DNA of 12,706 bases from an uncultured Gemmatimonadaceae bacterium (GTDB lineage: Bacteria > Gemmatimonadota > Gemmatimonadetes > Longimicrobiales > RSA9). The DNA lies in NCBI GenBank assembly GCA_964430275.1, contig CAYSGF010000374.1:1-12706 (forward strand), read 5' to 3'. The position numbers and the translations under genes were made by a program. Positions 7,066-12,706 of this stretch are shown in pieces (within the stretch, counting starts at the first letter, position 1; the number at the start of each line of letters is the position of its first letter). Below the pieces are notes generated by a model that saw only the letters and a program-made list of their open reading frames with translations, was not told the origin of the DNA and searched no databases.

Positions 7066-9372
7066 TCAGGGCGCCATCGCGGCCCACAACATCGGCCAGG
7101 TCGCCACGGTCTGCCCCCGGTAGTTCGGCTGGAATCCGAACAGCACCACGCTGCCATCGCCGACCTCCGCTTCGACGAGCGCGGGTTTCCCGGCGAGGTG
7201 CTCGGGTCCGAGAATCCAGCCGGATACCTTCGGATTCCCGGCTGCGTAGCGCGCGACCACCGTCACGTTCTCACCCTCGATGTCGAACGCGCGCGAATCG
7301 CCCCAGTACCAAACGTGCGCACTCGAGCCGACCCCGCCCGACAGCGGGTTCGATGCATCCACGTCCACGCGCAGGATGGACCCGGGTACGTAGAAGTCCT
7401 GTGGGCGCAGGTCCTCCACCGCGCTCGTGATCGGCAGGTCGAAGAGCTCGGCCGCGAACTCCGTCGCCTGCTCGATCGCGACGAGCCTGCCGCCGCCGCG
7501 GACGAACGCCTCGAGTGCCGCGACGCCGGCATCGCCGATGCCGCCCGTGTACTGTTCGGGTAGCGTGCCCGGCTCGTTCCCCTCGCGGATGGAGCGCGCA
7601 CTCTGCGACTGCAGCACGATCACGTCGTAATCGCGGCCCAGGTTGCCCTGCCGGATGCGCGCATCCTTGAGCGTGTCGTAGCGCAGCTCGTGCATGTCGA
7701 AGACCCAGCGTGTCCAGCCGGCCTCCATCGGCTCCTGCGCGGACTTGTACAGGGCGATGCGCGGCGCATCCCCGCCCGTCAGCACGTCGGGAAGCTCGAA
7801 GCGCCATTCGACCTGGCGGATCGGCTCGGACAGGGTTGGCTGCGCACCCGCCCATTCGTCGACCGCAATCGCCTCGACATCCATCAGCAGTGGCAGCGTG
7901 TGCGCCGTTACGTCGTACGGACGACGCGGCGGGCCGCCGGGATACTCGCGCAGGTCCGGGTACTCCTGGACCTCGAGCATGGTCTGAGCGAACGACGCAT
8001 ACGGCTGCTGCATGGGAATCACGTACGTGCCTGCGGCATAGGAGCGTCCGCCCGTCGTGAACGGCGCGCCTGCGCGGTGCACCTCGACATCCGCCATGGT
8101 CAGGATTCGCAGGATGTGAGCGAGCCCGACCTCGTTCGCCTGGTCTGCAGGGATTACCCACGCCGCCGGCCAGTCGTCCCATCCCTCGACTGCGCGCCGG
8201 TTGATGCGGTAGAAGTTCTCGACCCAGAACTTCCGATTCCTGGCCGCATTCTCGAGCAGAGCAAGCGCGCCCGCTTCCATGTAGTCGACGATGTCGCCGA
8301 CGCCCCATTCACCGCCTTCCCACGGCAGCGGAAAGTTCCAAGTAGCAGTGGCGGCATCGTAGGCGCGGCCGCCTCGCACGCGCTCGGGCGGGATGTCCAC
8401 GGGCGTCGCCAGCCGCGCAGAGGCCGTCTCGCTCAGGATCCGCACACCGCCGTGGTAGTGCTGGTAGGCGCGCGCCGGCGTGAACGCGTCGTAAATCGCA
8501 TTGATGACTACACCTTCCTTGCCATCCGCCGTCAGGCGCGCACCCATGTATGCGCCCAGCTGGTTGAGTGCACTCACGACCGCCGGATCGACGTTGTGCT
8601 CGACCGGGTCGATGTAGGGCGGGAAAAAAATGCGCGCACCCGTCGCACCCATCTGGTGGATGTCGTGCACGATGTGCGGTCGCCAGACATTGTGCGCGTG
8701 CTCGATCGCGAGCTGCGTCTCCTTCTGCGTAAACGCATACCAGTCGCGGTTGTTGTCGTGGCCGATGTAGAACTGGTACAGCCACGGCGGCGATGCACCC
8801 TCGTACGCCGTGCCGACATGCTCCATGTAGAATTCGCTGACCCAGTCCGTACCGTCCGGATTCAGAGAGGGGATGTCGAGCAGGATCACATTGTCGAGGA
8901 TCTCGCCCGTAGCCTCGTCCGTTCCGGATGCCAGCTTGTAGAGCATGCGCGCGGCGGTCAGCCCACCGCCGACCTCCGTGGAGTGGATCTGGTGCGTGAT
9001 GAGCGCGACCGTCCGGGCGTCCTCGAGCAGCGTCGCGAGCTCCGCGTCGCTCGCGATCGTCCGCGGGTCCGCGAGCTTCTGCTGCATGGCGAGCAGCGCG
9101 TCGAGCCGGGCATGATTCTCCGGGCTCGTCACCGTCAGCATCACGAAGGGCCGGCCCATCGTCGTCGTTCCGATGGTGTCGAGGGCTACGCGCGGACTCG
9201 CCTGCGCGAGCTTCTCGTAGTACGCGAGGAGCTGGTCCCAGTCTGCGAGGTGGCGGTCGGCGCCGATCTCGAAGCCGAAGTGGGACTCCGGCGTGGGGAC
9301 CTGCTGCGCCGCGGCCGGTAGCGCAGGGGCAGCCAGGCAGAGCAGTGCCGGCAGGAGGAGACGACGGTTCAT
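7066..9372 (-). CDS. Secreted M14-family zinc carboxypeptidase-like protein (768 aa) with a large C-terminal extension
   Basis: N-terminal signal peptide MNRRLLLPALLCLAAPALPAAAQQ, with an HxxE zinc-ligand motif in ITHQIHSTEVGGG. The M14-like core runs over roughly residues 60-330 (NPDG, HDNNRDW-type motifs), followed by ~400 aa of additional domain. There is a GGAGG SD 5 nt upstream of the ATG (rc of 9373-9385). Confidence 0.8.
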   Translation of the reverse strand: MNRRLLLPALLCLAAPALPAAAQQVPTPESHFGFEIGADRHLADWDQLLAYYEKLAQASPRVALDTIGTTTMGRPFVMLTVTSPENHARLDALLAMQQKLADPRTIASDAELATLLEDARTVALITHQIHSTEVGGGLTAARMLYKLASGTDEATGEILDNVILLDIPSLNPDGTDWVSEFYMEHVGTAYEGASPPWLYQFYIGHDNNRDWYAFTQKETQLAIEHAHNVWRPHIVHDIHQMGATGARIFFPPYIDPVEHNVDPAVVSALNQLGAYMGARLTADGKEGVVINAIYDAFTPARAYQHYHGGVRILSETASARLATPVDIPPERVRGGRAYDAATATWNFPLPWEGGEWGVGDIVDYMEAGALALLENAARNRKFWVENFYRINRRAVEGWDDWPAAWVIPADQANEVGLAHILRILTMADVEVHRAGAPFTTGGRSYAAGTYVIPMQQPYASFAQTMLEVQEYPDLREYPGGPPRRPYDVTAHTLPLLMDVEAIAVDEWAGAQPTLSEPIRQVEWRFELPDVLTGGDAPRIALYKSAQEPMEAGWTRWVFDMHELRYDTLKDARIRQGNLGRDYDVIVLQSQSARSIREGNEPGTLPEQYTGGIGDAGVAALEAFVRGGGRLVAIEQATEFAAELFDLPITSAVEDLRPQDFYVPGSILRVDVDASNPLSGGVGSSAHVWYWGDSRAFDIEGENVTVVARYAAGNPKVSGWILGPEHLAGKPALVEAEVGDGSVVLFGFQPNYRGQTVATWPMLWAAMAP

Positions 9373-9517
9373 TGCGGCCTCCGAATGTGTTGTGACGGTA
9401 TTGCGCGATCCTAGCCGACGCGCCGCGGGCAGGCAAGCTGGGGCACCCGTATTCTGACTGGCGGAAACGATTGCACTCCGGCATGGTACTACTCCGCTGC
9501 CCGGTCAATCACAGGAG

Positions 9518-9985
9518 ATGTCCATGCCGACACGGAGAGAATGGCTGGCCGCCGCGGCGGCCGGTATCGCGGTGACGCTGGCTGCACCACGCGAGGCGCT
9601 CGCACGCATATCCGCGCGGCCGATGCTGCGCGTCCGCAAGAACCCCGGCTGCGGCTGCTGCGACAAGTGGGTCGACCACATGAAAGAGCTCGGCTTCGAC
9701 GCGACGGTCGTCGAGGACCCGAACATCTACGAGTACAAGCAGAAGCTCGGCGTTCCGGGCGAGCTGGTGAGCTGCCATACGGCCGAGGTCGACGGCTACG
9801 TCCTCGAAGGACACGTGCCCGGCGACCTCGTGCAGCGCATGCTCCGCGAAATGCCGAAGATCACTGGCCTCGCCGTGGGCGGCATGCCGATGGGATCGCC
9901 GGGGATGGAGGGACTGCGCAAGGATCCGTACGACGTCGTCGCCTTCACGAAGAACGGCGACACGATGGTCTACGCCCGTCGCTGA
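9518..9985 (+). CDS. DUF411/CopG-family periplasmic metal(copper)-binding protein with a Tat signal peptide
   Basis: MSMPTRREWLAAAAAGIAVTLAAPREALA has a twin-arginine motif (TRREWL), a hydrophobic core and AxA. The CGCC (CxCC) motif is followed by DKWVDHM and the Met-rich GGMPMGSPGMEG segment characteristic of DUF411. An AGGAGA SD lies 5 nt upstream. Confidence 0.85.
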   Translation: MSMPTRREWLAAAAAGIAVTLAAPREALARISARPMLRVRKNPGCGCCDKWVDHMKELGFDATVVEDPNIYEYKQKLGVPGELVSCHTAEVDGYVLEGHVPGDLVQRMLREMPKITGLAVGGMPMGSPGMEGLRKDPYDVVAFTKNGDTMVYARR

Positions 9986-9989
9986 CCGC

Positions 9990-10610
9990 GTGCCGTACGC
10001 GCAGAACGGAGCCGCCCCGAAGACATACGACCGCGACTATTTCGACCGCTGGTACCGATCACCGCGTGCCGTAGTGCGCCGTACCGTGGTCGAGCGCAAG
10101 GCGCGCCTCGCCCTGGCGGCGACCGAGCATCTACTGGGGCGCGAAGTCCGCACCGTGCTCGATGTAGGGTGCGGCGAGGCGCCGTGGCGCGGAATGCTGC
10201 GGCGCATCAGGAGCGACGTCGACTACACCGGCATCGATCCGAGCGACTACGTCGTGCGTCGGTACGGCCGCCAGCGCGACGTCCGCCAGGGAACACTCCA
10301 GTCGCTCGACCGCCTCGACCTGTCCCGCAGCTACGATCTCGTCGTCTGTTCGGACGTGCTCCAGTATCTCCCGAACGCGGAAGTGAAGCAGGGGCTGCGC
10401 CTGCTCGCGAAGCGCGTAGGCGGTGTCGCGTTCATCGAGGCGTTCACGGCGGGTGACGACATGGTGGGTGATCGCGAGCTGTGGCACGCCCGGTCCGCCG
10501 GATGGTACCGCCGCGCATTTGCGGATGCCGGCCTCATACCCGTCGGCCTCCATCTCTACATCGGCCCGCGCCTGCGTTCCGCCACGAACGAGCTCGAGCG
10601 CCTGGGCTGA
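9990..10610 (+). CDS. Class I SAM-dependent methyltransferase (~206 aa)
   Basis: GTG start 4 nt after the DUF411 stop. Motif I VLDVGCGEAPW (GxGxG-type SAM-binding loop), with an acidic residue at the end of beta-2 (YTGIDPSD) and motif-II-like DLVVCSDVLQYL. The exact start is uncertain. Confidence 0.7.
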   Translation: MPYAQNGAAPKTYDRDYFDRWYRSPRAVVRRTVVERKARLALAATEHLLGREVRTVLDVGCGEAPWRGMLRRIRSDVDYTGIDPSDYVVRRYGRQRDVRQGTLQSLDRLDLSRSYDLVVCSDVLQYLPNAEVKQGLRLLAKRVGGVAFIEAFTAGDDMVGDRELWHARSAGWYRRAFADAGLIPVGLHLYIGPRLRSATNELERLG

Positions 10611-10620
10611 CGCGGCTGTG

Positions 10621-11874
10621 TCAGGGCCGCCGCCGGAGCAACCTCAGCGCGATTCCCACTGCGAGTACCAGCACACCGGTCGCAAGCGTGCGCGCATCGA
10701 GTGCGAGCGCGAGCAGTGCACACGCAGCGACCCCGAATGCCGGTATAAAGGTCGGCAGCCAGCGTCGATCCGCGGGCATGCGCAGCGCTGCAACGTTCGC
10801 AATGCCGTAATACACCAGTATCGTGAATGACGCAGCCGCAACGACGGCGTCGAGTGCACCGGTCGCAGCCACGGCGCCGGCTGCGATGCCGACGGCGATG
10901 ACTGCGGCGCGCGGCACACCCCGGTCGTCGACGTGGCCGAGCAGTTGTGGCAGGTCCTTGCGACGCGCCATCGCAAAGCCCATCCGGCTGAGTCCGAGGA
11001 TCTGGGAAAGCACGACCCCGAGCATTGCGGTCAAACCGCCGATCGCCACGACATGCGGCAGCCAGGCCGACGGTGTCGCATTCGCTGCGACGTAGAGTGG
11101 CGCAGCCGTGCGAGCCAGCGCGGGTGCACCCGCGGTGCCGACCGCGACAGTGGCGACGGCGCCGTAGAGCAGGAGCGCTCCCACGAGCGTAATGCCGACC
11201 GCGCGCGGGATCGTGCGGCGCGGCTCGCGCACCTCCTCGCCGAGCGTCGCAATGCGGGCATAGCCGGTATACGCGAAGAAGAGCAGTGCAGCGGCGCGCG
11301 CAGTGCCGCTCCAACCGTCGGGTGCAAAGGGTGCGAAGGCGGCACGTGTCATCGAGCCCGCGCCGACCACGACGAAACAGAGCAGCGCGCCAACCGATCC
11401 CGCAACGATCAGCAGGTTCACTGTGCTCGTGCGGCGTACGCCGAACAGGTTCAGCACCGTGAAGAGCACGATTGCGCCGACACCGACCGCGCGCTCGGGC
11501 AGTCCCGGCAGCAGCGCGCCGAGGTAGCCGCCGAGACCGATCGCGATCGTGCCCGCCGCCGCCGTCTTGCTCGCGAGGAACATCCAGCCGGCGACGTAGC
11601 CCGGCCACGGTCCGAGCACGCGATAGCCGTACTCGTAGGTGCCGCCCGCATACGGGTACTCCGCTGCCAGCTGAGCGGAGGAGAGCGCGTTCGCCGTAGC
11701 CGCGAGGCCTGCGATCAGTAGTGCAACGACGAGCGCCGGGCCGGCCACTCCTGCTGCGACGCCGGTCACCACGAAAATGCCACCGCCAATGATGGCGCCA
11801 AATCCGATTCCGACGGCGTCGAACAGGCCGAGCTCGCGGCGGAGCGCCTGGGGCGGAGGAGTCGCTGGGCTCAT
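10621..11874 (-). CDS. APC-superfamily amino-acid permease (~417 aa, 12-TM type)
   Basis: The ORF track gives 10621..12084, but the first 70 codons are Arg-rich low-complexity and would overlap the divergent gene's start. The likely start is ATG 11874 (MSPATPPPQALRRELGLFDAVGIGFGAIIGGGIFVVTG...), the typical APC N-terminus preceding TM1 with its GxG motif. The protein is hydrophobic throughout with multiple TM helices. Confidence 0.75.
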   Translation of the reverse strand: MSPATPPPQALRRELGLFDAVGIGFGAIIGGGIFVVTGVAAGVAGPALVVALLIAGLAATANALSSAQLAAEYPYAGGTYEYGYRVLGPWPGYVAGWMFLASKTAAAGTIAIGLGGYLGALLPGLPERAVGVGAIVLFTVLNLFGVRRTSTVNLLIVAGSVGALLCFVVVGAGSMTRAAFAPFAPDGWSGTARAAALLFFAYTGYARIATLGEEVREPRRTIPRAVGITLVGALLLYGAVATVAVGTAGAPALARTAAPLYVAANATPSAWLPHVVAIGGLTAMLGVVLSQILGLSRMGFAMARRKDLPQLLGHVDDRGVPRAAVIAVGIAAGAVAATGALDAVVAAASFTILVYYGIANVAALRMPADRRWLPTFIPAFGVAACALLALALDARTLATGVLVLAVGIALRLLRRRP

Positions 11875-12017
11875 GTGCGGATCTGAACCCGTCGCGGCCG
11901 ACTCCGCAACCTGCTGCGCGACGGCGGCGGGGCCATATGTCCGGACGCGACGCGACACGGCTGGCGCCCTCGGCGCCAGCGCTGCATCTTGGGCGCAGCC
12001 CCAGCCACGGAGCTGCC

Positions 12018-12593
12018 ATGAAACACTGGATGCTGCCCCTGAGCGCTGTCGGTGCGCTCGCCCTCGCCGCACCCGCTGCTGCACAGGAGCCGGAGAACCC
12101 GCCGCCCCTCGAGATCGGCGCGCTCGCGCCGGACTTCGAGCTGCCCGGCGCGACGCGCTACGGCGTGCTCGCCGAGCCCATCCGCCTCAGCGACTTCAAC
12201 GGCAAAACTGTTGTGCTCGCGTTCTTCTTCAGGGCAAGGACGAAGGGCTGAACGATCCAGATGCATGCGTACCGTGATCAGTACGCTCGGATCTTCAACA
12301 ACGGCCGCGGAACCATTCTCATCGCGATCAGTGCGGACTCGATCGGAGAGCTCGCCGCCTGGGCGCGCGACGACGAGTTCCCCTTCCTGATGGCGAGTGA
12401 TGCAGGCACTGAAGTCGCACGCCAGTACGGCGCCCTCGCGTCGCGCCCCGGCATAACGAACCGCAACCTGTTCGTAGTGGGGCCCGACGGCCGGATCGCC
12501 TATCGCGCTGTACCATTTCGCGAGATCGACCCCACGGCGTACGACGAGCTCGCCGAGGTCGTGGACAGCCTGATGCCGGTGGAGGAGAATTAG
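12018..12593 (+). CDS. Periplasmic PrxQ/Bcp-type peroxiredoxin with an in-frame TGA (12249-12251) at the peroxidatic-Cys position; candidate selenocysteine-containing peroxiredoxin (1-Sec Prx). Alternative reading: a nonsense-mutated pseudogene
   Basis: The track ORFs 11937..12251 and 12261..12593 are in the same frame (both starts are 0 mod 3) and are separated only by a TGA. The joined translation from ATG 12018 (GGAG SD, signal peptide MKHWMLPLSAVGALALAAPAAAQEP) aligns along its length with E. coli Bcp: ALAPDFELP...LSDFNGKTVVLAFFFRARTKG-[TGA]-TIQMHAYRD...GTILIAISADS...FPFLMASD...YGAL...NRNLFVVGPDGRI, versus Bcp IAPKFSLP...[31 protein letters not shown]...VLGISTD...FTLLSD...FGV...RISFLIDADGKI. 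The TGA falls exactly where the catalytic Cys lies in T-x-G-C-T. There is no other Cys in the protein. A stem-loop starts 3 nt downstream. Confidence 0.6.
12254..12293 (+). other. Candidate bacterial SECIS-like stem-loop immediately 3' of the in-frame TGA
   Basis: Outer helix GATCC (12254-12258) / GGATC (12289-12293). Inner perfect 6-bp helix GCGTAC (12267-12272) / GTACGC (12281-12286), closing an 8-nt apical loop CGUGAUCA (12273-12280). A possible G12274-C12279 pair would leave a UGAU tetraloop. The loop G/U residues sit 25-29 nt after the UGA, within the 16-37 nt spacing used for bacterial SECIS prediction. Confidence 0.4.
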
Positions 12594-12601
12594 TTCGGAA
12601 A

Positions 12602-12706
12602 GCCGGAATCCGGAGTGACCGGAATCCGGAGTGCGGAGTGACCGGAATCCGGAATTGCGGAGTGCGGAGCGACCGGAATGACCGGAATGCGGAGTGACCG
12701 GAATGC
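12602..12706. repeat. Composite short tandem repeat array of 9-mer GACCGGAAT and 7-mer SCGGAGT units, running off the window end
   Basis: GACCGGAAT occurs at 12617, 12640, 12671, 12680 and 12696. CCGGAGT/GCGGAGT/GCGGAGC occur at 12610, 12626, 12633, 12657, 12664 and 12689. (G)CCGGAAT occurs at 12602 and 12649. That is ~14 units with no spacers, starting 9 nt after the peroxiredoxin TAG stop. The + strand has stop codons in all frames, so it is non-coding there. Confidence 0.8.

Noticed and set aside
7271-9508. Long ORFs 7271..8308 (-), 7690..9321 (+) and 8309..9508 (-) overlapping the M14 peptidase gene in other frames
   Set aside because: They are Arg/Gly/Pro-rich with no recognisable domains. 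The M14 frame has a signal peptide, an SD and metallopeptidase motifs. These are typical GC-rich alternative-frame artefacts.
11938-11945. GTCCGGAC palindrome and GACGCGAC direct repeat in the Prx/permease divergent region, as a specific operator
   Set aside because: 8-bp GC palindromes arise by chance at this GC content. I cannot assign a regulator from sequence alone, so it is mentioned only as context.
10556-12019. Second 487-aa minus-strand ORF, and the + strand ORF 10933..11721, overlapping the permease
   Set aside because: The translation is Arg/Cys/Gly-rich nonsense. The 10621..11874 frame gives a coherent 12-TM APC permease.
11937-12593. Treating 11937..12251 and 12261..12593 as two separate small genes, or simply as a frameshifted pseudogene
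   Set aside because: Both pieces are in the same frame and separated only by one TGA at the exact catalytic-Cys position of a peroxiredoxin. Conservation is intact on both sides. That is the signature of Sec recoding (or at minimum one gene), not two genes. The pseudogene possibility is kept as the alternative in the finding.
12602-12706. CRISPR array interpretation of the terminal repeats
   Set aside because: The units are 7-9 nt with no unique spacers. CRISPR repeats are 24-48 nt and separated by spacers of similar size.

Overview
This window is high-GC (~68-70%) bacterial chromosome, densely coding on both strands, and the six-frame track is dominated by Arg/Ala-rich shadow ORFs that I ignore. 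Eleven genes are supported. Most are given with an SD-supported or signal-peptide-supported start, which in several cases is shorter than the longest ORF in the track.

- **1..1338 (-):** the N-terminal ~446 aa of an NADP-dependent malic enzyme (MaeB-like); it runs off the window start and so is absent from the ORF track.
- **1665..3095 and 3194..4612 (+):** a secreted pair of M16 zinc peptidases. The first is an active subunit with an HxxEH motif and a lipoprotein signal; the second is a non-catalytic partner.
- **4764..5330 and 5327..6964 (+):** a translationally coupled short NfeD (OB-fold membrane protein) and a flotillin-like SPFH/Band-7 protein, the YuaF-FloT/YqiK-type operon.
- **7004..7043:** a strong bidirectional hairpin terminator between the convergent flotillin and M14 genes.
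- **7066..9372 (-):** a large secreted M14 zinc carboxypeptidase-like protein.
- **9518..9985 and 9990..10610 (+):** a Tat-signal DUF411 (CopG-like, CxCC) protein tightly followed by a class I SAM-dependent methyltransferase.
- **10621..11874 (-):** an APC-family amino-acid permease.
- **12018..12593 (+):** a periplasmic PrxQ/Bcp-type peroxiredoxin whose reading frame carries an in-frame TGA exactly at the peroxidatic cysteine position.

The last gene is the most interesting item. The ORFs 11937..12251 and 12261..12593 are in the same frame and together give a complete, well-conserved Bcp alignment (...VVLAFFFRARTKG[TGA]TIQMHAYRD...), with a stem-loop starting 3 nt after the TGA. This is best explained as a selenocysteine-containing peroxiredoxin (Sec recoding) rather than two genes or a pseudogene.

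A composite 7-/9-nt tandem repeat array (SCGGAGT / GACCGGAAT) begins right after that gene and runs off the window end.
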